NCBI RefSeq assembly: GCF_021028975.2
Contig: NC_059430.1
Span: 10,974,001-11,038,000 of the forward strand
Length of the DNA: 64,000 bases
From: Sphaerodactylus townsendi
Lineage: Eukaryota
Direction: 5' to 3'
Within the stretch, counting starts at the first letter, position 1. Each line of letters opens with the position of its first letter. This document shows positions 14,601 to 25,534 of the stretch, piece by piece. Under the pieces are notes generated by a model. The model worked only from the letters and a program-made list of their open reading frames with translations. It ran no database searches and was not told the origin of the DNA. A program made the position numbers and the translations under genes.

Positions 14601-17600
14601 TATTTATTATTACGGCCTTTTGGCCAGCCAATAGTTTAGAATCAGAGTACATGTGAATGCATAGCACTCCACTTATACAAAAATATAATATAAATTAAAA
14701 TCCATTATAAAATCTATTAATAAATAACATTAGCTTCAGGCATTATTACAGTCCTCATCACACAGTGCGGCTCTTTGTTTTAATAAGGAACTACGCTTGT
14801 TGTGTACCAGTATGCAAAATTTAGCTACCTTCTGTGAGATGGCAGAAACACGATCTTCTAGTAATATTCTTACAGAATTGTGATCCGAAGTTATCTATGA
14901 ATGGATATACATGACAAGTTAACAATGGTTGGATCAACAGCTTCCTTTCACCTTCATGTAACTTGCAATGCAGTAAGATATGTGACATTGAGTCTACTTC
15001 CCCTGAGCCGCATTACCACAGGTTCTCCTGTGCCTTGGAATGTTTTGGAATCGTCTCTCCATCAGATTAGCTGGATGGGAAGGCATCAGCGAGCCCTAGA
15101 AAAGCCCATCGGCTTCTTGGTTGATGTTATTAATGGATAGATAAGGTGCAGCTGGAAATACCTATCCATGATTTTAGTGGTTTATATAGGACAGGTAGCC
15201 GGGGAAATCTGTGTTTGCAAACTCAATGTCAGTAAGATCGCTGGTGGACCATACCCATTGCTCTGCTACTTCCAATCTCCAAAAGTTGCATTGGATCAAG
15301 ACCACACTGTCTGAGTTTTGATGTAATCTTTTCTAGCCATCTAGGGTAGGGTGTTGCTGCCAATAATGAAGGCATTAATCCCTGGGGACAGGAAAGTACT
15401 TTAAGCCAGTATTTGATGGTTAATTTCCAAAAGATGGTCTCAACTTTGGCCATCCCTGCTTCTTGCCTTAATACCACATTGGCTGTACATTTCGGTGTAT
15501 TAAACAAGTATCTCAGAAAAATCGATAGGACTCTCTCCAAAGGCACAAAATCTGAAATCATTGCCAACGGAGCACCATAGGTCAATTGGGCTAAGGCTTT
15601 GGCCTCAAACAGTCTAACTGCACTTGGGATGAATCTGTTCCCCTGTGAGCGAAAAAACCTCAAGATTGCCTGTGAACTTCTTTGAGCCGATTGAATAACT
15701 GATTGAGATCCCTTTTGAAAATTTTGTAGTTTTCTTCCAGCTTAGGTAGCAGTTAGTTTGTAAGCTCAGAGTAGGTGTTCTGATTTTTGTAGCCGTTAGT
15801 AGTTAGCTGCCCTTAGATGATCTATTGTGGATCCCATAGGGCAGTGGTGGCGAACCTTTGGCACTCCAGATCCTATGGACTACAATTCCCATCAGCCCCT
15901 GCCAGCAATTGGCCATGCTGGCAATTGGCCATGCTGACAGGGGCTGATGGGAATTGTAGTCCATAACATCTGGAGTGCCAAAGGTTCGCCACCACGGCCA
16001 TAGGGCATAGTGTTGTTTTTTGCTTGAGCTAGTAGTGGGGAGAGGTGGTTGTTTATGATGTTATATAGTTATGAGTGGTTCTGTGATCTACTTCACAATT
16101 ATTTAGATGCTTTATTCTCTTTACTTAAATGTAAATAAATGTATGTATAGCAAACGTATGTATAGCAAATGTATGTATAGCAAAAATGTATGTATAGCAA
16201 AACATTTGTAAAGTAAGGGCATATTGTTGGTCTGCCTGCCTGCCAGCCAAGCAGAAGTCCACCGGGTGAGCTGCCGCCTGCTGCCACTGGGAAGGAGTGA
16301 GAGTCCTTCCCCACTCACCCCATTGGAAACACCTGCAGGGGGTGGGGCCTGGCAGCTACAACAGGAGTTCCACCAGCAGCCCAAGGCAGCCAGCCTGTTC
16401 AGCCCTGCCTGGGACAGACCCTCCTGTTGGTCTGCCTGCCTGCCAGCCAAGCAGAAGTCCACCGGGTGAGCTGCCGCCTGCTGCCACTGGGAAGGAGTGA
16501 GAGTCCTTCCCCACCCACCCCATTGGAAACACCTGCTGGAGGTGGGGCCTGCCTGGCCAGCTACAACAGGGAGTTCCACCAGCAGCCCAAGGCAGCCAGC
16601 CTGTTCAGCCCTGCCTGGGACAGGATCCTCCTGTTGGTCTGCCTGCCTGCCTGCCAGCCAAGCGGAAGTCCACCTGATGAGCTGCCGCCTGCTGCCACTG
16701 GGAAGGAGTGAGAGTCCTTCCCTACCCACCCCATTGGAAACATCTGCAGGGGGGGTGGGGCCCTGGCAGCTGGCTAACAGGAGTTCCAATCTGTAGCAGC
16801 CCACCTGGTCCTGGTGGCGGGAACCTTGTGCCTGTCGCCCTGGCTTAGGTGTGATTGGCAGTATTGGACCCTGAACCCCGGACAACATCGGCAGGAAGAA
16901 ATGGCAGTGATTCCTGACCCGATGTATAGTTTGAAATGGGATCTTACCCTCCCCATCGGGTCATCATTGCCATCTTTGTTGTCGTCGCTGTTATTGCTAA
17001 TTGATGCACTAGCACTTCTATAGAAATTATAGTATTGGTATTGGCTGTACTCTAGCGCTAGGATTAGTGGCTGCCGGAATCAGATAACAGAAAGTGTTGG
17101 GAATGATTGTCGGCAAGGCCAATAGATTTAATTATATTTGTATATGTGTATGCATAAGTTAGGGTTGGAGTAGGTAGTACCATAAGAGGTACCAAGTTAG
17201 TTTATTAGACTTTTATATGGGAGGAGATGGCAGCGAGGGGGCAGTGTGGGGGGCAGGGAGATCCCAGTATTGTGGGGACGGGGTAGATATGCGGGTGCGA
17301 GGGGGCATTATGGAGAGAAGGGGGGGGAGATGCATTTATGCTCGTCCCCTTTCTGGCCTCCGGCCTATCCCGAGAGATGCTTGGGCAGAGAGGCTCCAGG
17401 TATACCCTGCCCTTTCAGCCTGGTGTGCTGGATTTCAATGCCAGGTCCATTAATAATAAGACCGCAACGCTCGAGATTTTCTCAGGCGCAGCCTGATGGA
17501 CCCTGGGCCTGCATCACCGTAGACCTGGAGTGCGAGAGAGGCTTAGACGGTCGCCTATGAATGCGATCATGCGCCCCCCAGGTTTTCGCTTTGTGTCCAC

Positions 17601-20600
17601 CAGCCTCGAACACAGGGCCGGGGAGGTGTGGCGATGGTTCATCCTGGAGATTCCCATCGCCTTCAGGGGGGCAGTCCCCTGCCCCTCCAAATTCCCCGGA
17701 TTCGAAAGTGTGCTGGATTGGAGTGGCTGTCAGGGGAGAGGTTGGCCGTCCTCTTGGTGTACCCACGGTCGCCTAGCGCACCTGAGGACGGCCTGCCACA
17801 CGCGGCTGCTGGAAGGCGGTGGTCGAGTGGGCGTTGCTGATTCCCGCCGACTTATTGTCTTGGGGACTTCAACGGTCCATGTGGGACGCCGCCTCATGTT
17901 CAGCAGCAGTGGACCTGGTGTCATCCATGGCGCACGCTGGGACTCTCCCCTTCTAAAACACCGCTTCCACCCATGAAGCTGGTCACACACTTTGGATCTG
18001 GTTTTGGGCGAGGAGTGAACATGAGTGCGTATCCCTCTGTTAACAGAGTGCCATGGTCCGGACCATTTTGCCCTGAAGGTTCGGGTGGACTGGCCGCGCC
18101 AACCTCTGGTCTAGGGCTGACCGGACTCTATTCTACGTCCGCCCTCACGAAGACTTATGGAACCGGCTAGGTTCCTGAATGCTTTGCGGGACCCTGAGTC
18201 CTCCTGGCACCCTCGGGATGAGCAGGTGACAGACTGGAATTCCAGACTGTCTGATGCCATCGAGGAAATTGTTCCAGGCGCCCTCTGCGCCCCCGTTCAC
18301 CTGACGGGCTCCTTGGTATACCGAGGGAGCTGCGCCAAATGAAACGGGAACTCCAGGACGGCTAGAGCGAGAGTGTGGAGGAAGTCTACCAGAACGAAGT
18401 GGCGCGAACTAACTTATAGGACGCGAGTTATGAAAGCCTATGAGTTGGCGTATACGGAGGAGGCGAAGAATGTCCATTTCTCGTCTCCTCCCTCAGCATC
18501 TGCTAGCTCTCGCCCGGCACAATTTATTTCGGATTGTTCGATCCCTCTCCTCCTTGCTGGAGCGATCTATAAATTCCCAATTGACTATTGGCTGTGAGGC
18601 ATTTCAGAGCTTTTTTGTAGGAGAATAAAGTCTGGCGTCACTCCGGCGGGACCTCTTCCGACCACAATTGATACAGTAAAAGGAACTCGTAGGCTCTCGT
18701 GCGTGTCTTTGGGTCCCAAGTCTGGACCGGTTTTCCCTACTCATGCGAGTCTGATGTTGACACAGAGTCCTAGCTGCTGTTAGACCTACCTACCTGTCCA
18801 CTCTGGATCCGCGGCCTCCTCTTGGCTGGATACAAAAGCTTGCCGGGAGGAGTTCACGACCCCACCTGTTGAACCAATGGGGTCAACTGCTCCCTTGAGC
18901 AAGGAGTGTTCTCGGGTGGTGGGTTGAAGGAGGCAGATGGTCCGCCCACCTCTTGCAGCAAGCACCAACTTTAGATCCTGGCGATCTGGCCAATTACCGC
19001 CCGTTTCGAACTTGTCGATTCTTGGGGAAGGTAATTGAGAGAGTGGTGTTGGAGCAGCTTCAGGGCTTCCTGGAGGACGCTGTCGGGTGCTCGATCCCTT
19101 CCAGTCCGAAGCTTCCGTGGCTGGGCATGGGATGGAGACCGTCCTCATTGCCATCACAGACATGCTCCGCATGCAGCTAGACCAAGAGGCGGATGGTGGC
19201 GCTGCTTGTGATACTTGATCTCACAGCAGCGTTTGATGCTGGTGCGATCACGACCTTTTGATCCACCGCCTGGCAGCCTCTGGAGTCTTGAGGGCATTGT
19301 CATCCAAATGGATTGCCTCGTTTCTTCTACCAGGGTCGGGGTCGAAAGCAGGTATGGTGGGAAGGGGTTGAGGGCCTCCCAGAGAGCCTCCCACTTAGTT
19401 GTGGGGTTCCTCAGGGGGCCTTGCTTTCCCCGGGCTTTTATTTCAGCATCTACATCGCGATCCCTCTGCTCAGCTGGTGCTGGAGCTTTGGGCTGGTCTG
19501 TCACCAATATGCAGTTGACACCTGGTCAGCTCATTCTGATGTTGATGGAGAGGGGGGCGGCCTCTGCCCCCCTGCAGCCCTGGCTACAGCATTGTCTGGA
19601 GTCAGTCAGCTGGTTGGTTGAAGCAGAGTAGGTTAAAACTTAATCCAACAAGAGCACGGAGGTCCCTCTGTGGCTGGGCGGGGAGAGACCAAGGGAATTC
19701 CAGCCGCCTATATTGAGGGGGGGTCGTTTTGGCCCCGGGGCATCTCTGGCTCGTAGCCTGGGGGTCCGCTCTGGACTCTGCCTTGTCAATGGAGAGCCAG
19801 GTGGCCCATGTTACCCAGGTTATCGCGTTTTTTCATCTTCGCCAGGCACGGCGGTTGGCTCCCCTATCTCTCCCAGGACTGACTCTAGCCACTGTGATCC
19901 ATCGCGACATGTCACCTGCAGCGGTTAGATTACTGTAACTCGCTTTCTGTAGGGCTTCCCTTGCGATTACACGATCCGGAAGTTGAAGCTGGTCCAGAAT
20001 GCAGCGGCACGGCTTCTGACAGGTGAGTGATTACTCAGACCATATCACCCCTCTGTGCTACTGCCCGTCTGCACTGGCTCCCAGTGGAGTTCCTTGGATC
20101 AGTCTTCAAGGTGCTGGTAATAACCTTTAAGGCCTTAATGCTGGCATGGGGCCCCTCATATCTCACGTGGGACCGCATCAACCTCTTATGTCCCACATAG
20201 GCCACTGCTACGGCAGTGGCAGAATTAGAGCCATGGCGACCCCTAGCCCCGCTGGCGATCGCGGCTGGCCTCGACCTCGGGCCAGGGGTCGCTTTACGGC
20301 TCTGGCCCCAGCCTGAAATGGGAATACCTTACCCCATCAGTCCGGGCCCTGCGGGATCTTGGCGAGTTCCGCAGGGCCTGTAGGCTAGAGTATTATTCCT
20401 GGCACCGGGCCTTCTGGAGAGGCTGGCGGCTGTTCTACTGCCCCCCACTGGAAACTCTGGCCGATTTCCATCTTTGTCATCTCCGGGTTGGGCAACAGGT
20501 GTGACTCCATCTGGGCCCACCTGTTCCCTCCCTTTCTTCTTTCCTCTTTTCCCTTGCTTTTAGCCTTAGGAACGGGCGCCTGTTTGAACTGTTTTATACG

Positions 20601-22796
20601 GGTTGAATGGCTTGGATTGTTTTAATTATATGTAATTGCTGCCGGGGTTTTAATGTTTACGTTATGTTGTTGAGTTGCTGTTAATAACAGCCATGTTGTT
20701 GAGCCGCCTCGAGCCCTTCGGGGAAGAGGCGGCCTATAAATCTAAAATATAAATAAATAAATAAATAAATATGTTGTTTTTTGCTTGAGCTAGTAGTGGG
20801 GAGAGATGGTTTGTGTTGTTATATAGTTATGTTATTGTGTTTAAGATGTTATGATCTTGAAAATTGAAAATTGTGAAAGGAAAAGAGGGTTAAAGATCAT
20901 TTAAAATTTCACAAAAGCTATCAGTTGTTGACAGAAAGACACTAATCTTGAACACTTCTTTTCATAAAATGTAAATACTATAATAGCTTAGCAGAACAGT
21001 TTTCAAAAAATGTAAAAAAATGTTCATAGTTCATTTTTATAGGGAAGACTGACCTCTGCATAGAAGTCCCTTACATGCTTTTAGAAGCCAATTCAGAGGG
21101 TGCTCAATCCTCAGGAACAGCTTTTCAGGATGGGAAAGGGAACCTCAGAAAAAGCTCATTTGCTCTGCTCGAAGATGTCTGACTCCAAGCAATTATATTT
21201 AGATATATACCGTAATAAACCGAATAAGTGAATTCCTCCTATGTCTTTTGTGCTCACTTTACAAGTGCCTCGAGTGTAAAGGATGTATTATTACTAACCA
21301 AGATCAAGTTAACTCATGCCACAGTATTCCCCATCACTATGTAATGCACGTCGGACAATGAAAAAAGCTGGCAGGAAGAAAGTTGATACCTTTGAAATGT
21401 AATATTGGAGAAGAGTTTCACGGATACTGTGGACTGCCAAAAAGACGTATCAATAGGCTCTAGATAAAATCAAGCCTGAACTTTCCCTAGAAGCTAAAAC
21501 GACTAAACTGAAACTACTGTACTTTGGTCACACTATAAGGAGACACTAGTCCCCAGAAAAAAACAATAACACTAGAAAAAGTTGGAAGGTAACCGGAAAA
21601 GAGGGAGACCCAACATGAGATTTATTAGACTTCTACCCCACCTGGGGTTCAAGGCAGCTGAGATGAATTGACTCAATAAAACACGGTGTCAAACTCGCGG
21701 CCCTCCAGATGGTATGGACTACAGTTCCCATCATCCCCTGCCAGCATGATGCTGGCAGGGGATGATGGGAAGTGTAGTCCACACCATCTGGAGGGCCGCA
21801 AGTTTGATACCTACGCAATAAAGGAAGCCACAGACCGCACTCTGGAAGACCTGAACAAGGCTGTTAATGAGACATCATTTTGGAAAACATTAATTCATAG
21901 GGTCACCAGAAGTCAGAAACCACTTGACGGCAGTGGCGTACCTAGGCAGACTGGAGCCCTGGGCAAAACCTGAGAAAGAAAGAACACAAGCATTGGCAGG
22001 AAGGGGGTGGATTTAAAAGGAAAATCTGGGGAAATGCCTGCTGTCAGGGGGTGCCTGCTGTCAGGGGTGCAATTATTAAGATAGCAGCACCAAAATTTCA
22101 GAGTATCTTCGTGAGACCCTACTGATGATACCACCCAGGTTTGGTGAAGTTTGGTTCAGGGGGTCCAAAGTTATGGACCCTCAAAGGTGTAGCCCCCATC
22201 TTCTATTAGCTCCCATTGGAAACAATGGGGGATGGGGGCACTCCCTTTGGGAGTCCATAACTTTGGACTCCCTAAACCAAACCTCACCAAACCTGGGTGA
22301 TATGATCAGGACAGTCTCCCGAAAAATCCCTGAAATTTTGGTGCTGCTATCCTAAAAACTGCGCCCTATGCAGGCCACAAACAGAAAAACACTGAAAATA
22401 TTAAAAATCCCACAAACGAACTTGCAGTTTTTGCACCCCCCACAAGGCGGTGCCCAGGGCAACTGCCCACTTCGCCCAATGGGAGGAACGCCTCTGCTTG
22501 ACGGCACTTAATTCATGCACATCAGAGAATTCAACTCTAGAACTTCTGTCTATACAATCAACTTCTTCATAATGACACAAAAATTCTTACAAAAGCCTAT
22601 CACGTAATATATACTAGAACTGCAAATCGCTTGATGTTCATGCCCCCTTTCACCTCAGGTAGATTTTAATAGGTATATCTACCTGAAACTTACAACAGTC
22701 TCAAAAACCAAGTCAGCCAATAAAAGCAGCCCTAACTATACAATTCTCTATACCTTTTTCTTACCTTTTCTCTGATGCTGGTCTTAATTTATTCAT
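1..22796 (-). CDS. AGTPBP1: AGTPBP1 (cytosolic carboxypeptidase 1 / Nna1), 5' portion: 9 coding exons, gene continues past window start
   Basis: Phase-compatible GT-AG exons 22765-22796, 10580-10707, 8164-8231, 7467-7530, 6697-6843, 5362-5493, 3236-3329, 952-989, 1-157. They splice to [31 protein letters not shown]...[21 protein letters not shown], matching the recalled human CCP1 N-terminus ([31 protein letters not shown]...). Confidence 0.97.
952..989 (-). CDS. AGTPBP1: AGTPBP1 coding exon 8
   Basis: [12 protein letters not shown]; 38 nt, cacag/GTAAGT. Confidence 0.94.
1291..1420. mobile_element. Palindromic MITE (second copy 7978-8097)
   Basis: GGCTGATTC.GCATGGGCCAAAAACAGC ... GCTGTTTTTGGCCCATGC.GAATCAGCC. 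Confidence 0.8.
1728..1869. mobile_element. Palindromic ~140-bp MITE (Harbinger-like); copies at 26075-26217, 29127-29262, 29414-29876, 51951-52091, 55719-55859, 60633-60780, 60807-60935
   Basis: TIR GGC(CCC/TCA)TTCCGCACATGCAGAATAATGCACTTTCAA; TAA/TTA flanks. Confidence 0.85.
2526..2832 (-). mobile_element. tRNA-derived CORE-SINE (Squam3-like)
   Basis: A/B-box head GCAGTGGCGTAGGAGGTTAAGAGC..GGGTTTGATTCCC, CORE TGACCTTGGGCTAGTCAC, (TCT)n tail. Confidence 0.9.
3236..3329 (-). CDS. AGTPBP1: AGTPBP1 coding exon 7
   Basis: [32 protein letters not shown]; 94 nt. Confidence 0.96.
4531..4789. mobile_element. Tc1/mariner (Tigger-like) MITE; second copy 39227-39458
   Basis: TA TSD, TIR CC(G/C)TGTTTCC, AAAATAAGAC subterminal repeats. 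Confidence 0.8.
5362..5493 (-). CDS. AGTPBP1: AGTPBP1 coding exon 6
   Basis: [44 protein letters not shown]; 132 nt. Confidence 0.96.
5617..5669. repeat. (GT)n microsatellite
   Basis: Direct read. Confidence 0.98.
6019..6119. repeat. Near-perfect inverted repeat (48-bp arms, 5-nt loop)
   Basis: CTAAATCTTTG..AATGTT-AGAAA-AACATT..CAAAGATTTAG, one mismatch. Confidence 0.95.
6697..6843 (-). CDS. AGTPBP1: AGTPBP1 coding exon 5
   Basis: [49 protein letters not shown]; 147 nt. Confidence 0.96.
6925..7384. mobile_element. CpG-rich non-autonomous TIR element
   Basis: Imperfect TIR GTCGCTTTCGCACG / CGTGCGGAAACGGCC. Confidence 0.55.
7467..7530 (-). CDS. AGTPBP1: AGTPBP1 coding exon 4
   Basis: [21 protein letters not shown]; 64 nt, donor GTAAGT. 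Confidence 0.95.
8164..8231 (-). CDS. AGTPBP1: AGTPBP1 coding exon 3
   Basis: [23 protein letters not shown]; 68 nt, AG/GT bounded. Confidence 0.95.
8366..8737. mobile_element. hAT non-autonomous element
   Basis: TIR CAGAGG(T/C)G.AGCT; TSD (T/C)CCATAAG. Confidence 0.82.
9828..10327. mobile_element. Non-autonomous TIR element
   Basis: Perfect 15-bp TIR GGGGCTTTCCCCACT / AGTGGGGAAAGCCCC. Confidence 0.75.
10580..10707 (-). CDS. AGTPBP1: AGTPBP1 coding exon 2
   Basis: [42 protein letters not shown]; 128 nt, AG/GT bounded. Confidence 0.96.
10806..11309. mobile_element. hAT (Charlie-like) non-autonomous element
   Basis: TIR CAGGGGTC.GCAACC; TSD GTATA(G/C)CC. Confidence 0.85.
12067..12255. other. 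Assembly gap (others at 31695-31865 and 34870-35150)
   Basis: N runs. Confidence 1.
12256..12655 (-). mobile_element. L2 LINE 3' fragment
   Basis: [44 protein letters not shown] plus 3' hairpin. Confidence 0.85.
13765..14060 (+). mobile_element. Squam3-like SINE
   Basis: Full-length copy of the same family. Confidence 0.9.
14585..15720 (-). mobile_element. LINE 3' part, RTE-X-like (tentative clade)
   Basis: RT C-terminal region (ORF 15229-15663) and a degenerate C-terminal HILLHC knuckle; (TATC)n tail. Confidence 0.65.
15842..15997. mobile_element. hAT palindromic MITE (relatives at 21683-21811, 30398-30605, 37709-37778, 39755-39901)
   Basis: 8-bp TSD CCATAGGG; internal GGACTACAATTCCCATCA arms. 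Confidence 0.9.
16222..16810. repeat. ~200-bp unit tandem repeat x3
   Basis: TGTTGGTCTGCCTGCC..GAAGTCCACC..CCCCATTGGAAACA at ~16225, 16425, 16632. Confidence 0.9.
17190..20771 (+). mobile_element. L2-clade LINE, nearly full ORF2 (APE endonuclease + RT), many indels
   Basis: [13 protein letters not shown](D)[40 protein letters not shown]-like motifs; (TAAA)n tail 20749-20770. Confidence 0.9.
21200..21930 (+). mobile_element. Degenerate RTE/BovB-type LINE 3' fragment
   Basis: [27 protein letters not shown] motifs; interrupted by MITEs. Confidence 0.7.
21931..22496. mobile_element. hAT non-autonomous element
   Basis: 8-bp TSD CTTGACGG; TIR CAGTGGCGTACC / GGAACGCCTCTG. Confidence 0.88.
22765..22796 (-). 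CDS. AGTPBP1: AGTPBP1 first coding exon (exon 22765-22836)
   Basis: ATG at 22796; [10 protein letters not shown](S); acceptor tttttatag at 22837-38; donor GTAAGA. Confidence 0.9.
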
Positions 22797-23229
22797 CTTG
22801 GAAAGATCAGTTGCTCACACCGACATCTCAGGTGATCTATAAAAACAATAAGGATTGCAGCATTTGGCATGAAAACTTGACATTGTAAACGCCGCAAAAG
22901 AATTCATGTGATAATTAGATACGGCACTGATCAACTCTGGAATCAGTAGGTAGTGGCAAAATCCAAATACTCGGTAGAGAATGAGGGGAAAGTGTCATTG
23001 GGAACGACAAACTCAAGGAGAGGGAGAGACAGTCGGGAGGTCATCTTGAACAATGTAGCTAGAGGCAGGAAAACAACTAGTTAACAGAGCAAGAAACTAG
23101 GAAGACTGGTTGTTGTGGGTTTTCCAGCTGGGGAAGCAGAGGATGGAGAAGGTTTGTTAGCTGCTGGCTCTGCATGCTGCACAAACCATAAAGAACAGAA
23201 GTGTGTACCTGAACGCCTCCTTATTGATG

Positions 23230-23778
23230 GAGGCCCAGGTAACACACATGGTCTATCTCTATCATCTACGCTGTGCAAAGCAACTGGAGCCTTACCTATC
23301 CCAGGCTGACCTGGCCACAGTAATCCATACAATGGTGACCTCTCGGTTAGATTATTGCAACTCATTTCATGCAGGGCTTGATCTGGAAACTCACTAGTCC
23401 AAAATGCAGCAGCACAGGTCCTTACAGAGACCCCATGGGGCACACATACTCAACCAATGCTGTCTCAGCTGCATTGGCTCCAGGCGGAGCACTAGGTCAG
23501 GCTCCAGGTTTTGGTGTTAACCTTTAAAGCCCTGGATGGACTGGGGCCTGCATATTTACAGGACCGCTTCTTCCATTATGCCCCTTGAAGGCCACTACAC
23601 TCAGCAAATGAAAATCTGTTGGTGATTCCCGGCCCAAGGGAAATCCGGTTTGCCTCCACCAGGGGCAGGGACTTTGTGGTGGAACGCTCTGTGTGGAGAG
23701 ACCAAAGCCCTGCAAGTTTTAAAGCAATTCTGCAGGACTTATAAGATGGAGCTATTCCAACAGACATATGGTTGAGAT
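23230..23778 (+). mobile_element. Old L2 3' fragment
   Basis: ADLATVIHTMVTSRLDYCN, QNAAAQV, LHWLQ motifs. Confidence 0.8.
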
Positions 23779-24123
23779 CAGTGGTGGGATCCAAAAATTT
23801 TAGTAACAGGTTCCCATGGTGGTGGGATTCAAACTCTGGCGTAGCGCCAATGGGGCTGGGCGGGGCACGACGGGGCCTGGTGGGGCATTCCGGGGGCGGG
23901 GCATTCCTGGGCGGGGCTGTGGCAAGGACGCAGCCTGCCACGCACGCCGGTGCACCTCCTGCTAGACTGCTTCAAGTTCTGCACGCTACTGCTGAGAGGA
24001 GGGGCGTAACTAAGGCAAAAAGCACGTGGCAAAATCACCAATTAGTAACCCCCTCTCGGCACACACAAATCATTAGTAACCTACTCTCGGGAACCTGTGA
24101 GAACCTGCTGGATCCCACCTCTG
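23779..24123. mobile_element. hAT non-autonomous element (related copy 3721-4148)
   Basis: TIR CAG(T/A)GGTGGGATCC; 8-bp TSD GTTGAGAT. Confidence 0.9.
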
Positions 24124-25116
24124 GTTGAGATATCTCCTTCCGTTTTTTCCCTCCCTTTCTTCCCCTTCCCTTCCTTCTTACTTTTCTTTAAAATATTTCT
24201 TTTTCCTAATCCCAGATATATCTAGAGAATGAGTTTTAAGTATTTCCTGTTGACTTATATTGTTTTTAACTGAGACTGTAAATTGCCCTGAGCCTATGTT
24301 CATACTCTAAGATTTGAAACTATTAAGAATTTCAGCCATCGCACGCAGGCTATTTGCCCTGAGTTCGATCCACTGGGCAGTGAATTTAATTTCCTGCTTC
24401 CCCACAGTATCTTGGTACATTCATTCACTTCCTGAGGTTTGCAAAAAAAAAAAATGAGAAAGATTGCAGCAAAGTGGTTGTTGTGGGTTTTCCAGGCTTT
24501 GTGGTTGTGGTCTGGTAGATCTTGTTCCTAACATTTTGCCTGCATCTGTGGCTGGCATCTTCAGAGGTGTATCACAGAGAGAAGTCTACAGACTTTTCTC
24601 TGTGATACACCTCTGAAGATGACAGCCACAGATGCAGGTGAAACGTTAGGAACAAGATCTACCAGACTACAGCCACACAGTCTGGAAAACCCACAACAAC
24701 CAGTTGAATCCAGGCATGAAAGCCTTTGACAATATACTGCAGCACAGCTTTGTGGTTACTTTGTGGGTGGAAAAGTTGGGATTTTCCTTGCCTGGCTCAT
24801 ACAGCACCCATTTCCCCCAGGGTAGCCATTTTCTCTCTCTACTACAGAGGGCTTTGATAACTTTATATCAATATACCATTATATCAAAATTTGTATTCTA
24901 AATTTTGAGCTTTCAATTTTAAAAAGCTAGCCGATTTCCTTACAACAATATCTGGAATAAAGCATACCTCCACAATGAAATGGGCTAGAAACTTTTTTTT
25001 TTAAGCTAGGAACTCAGAGAACCTGATGTATATTTTTGCAAAATGGTGTATCAATAGAACACTATTAAATCACCTATTGACAAAAACTATCAGGTAATCC
25101 AAATGTAGAAGCGTTG

Positions 25117-25478
25117 TTGGGGGGAAGAATTAGGACTAATAAAAGGAAACACTTCTTCACGCAGCGTGTGATTGGTGTTTGGAATATGATGCCACAGGAG
25201 GTGGTGATGGCCACTAACCTGGATAGCTTTAAAAAGGGCTTGGACAGATTTATGGAGAAGTCGATCTATGGCTACCAATCTTGATCCTCCTTGATCTGAG
25301 ATTGCAAATGCTTTAGCAGACCAGGTGCTCAGGAGCAGCAGCAGCAGCAGAAGGCCATTGCTTTCACCTCCTGCACGTGAGCTCCCAAAGGCACCTGATG
25401 GGCCACTGCGAGTAGCAGAATGCTGGACTAGATGGACTCTGGTCTGATCCAGCAGGCCAGTTCTTATGTTCTTATGTT
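25117..25478 (+). mobile_element. CR1 LINE 3' end
   Basis: RIRTNKRKHFFTQRVIGVWN; (GTTCTTAT)n tail. Confidence 0.9.
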
Positions 25479-25534
25479 GTTACTGTGCTGTATAATAGCT
25501 GCAGCAGCAACAGGAAACCGGGTCCGGGTAAAAG

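Noticed and set aside
16121-16888. 255-aa ORF
   Set aside because: Product of the ~200-bp tandem repeat; repetitive peptide with no domain or splice support.
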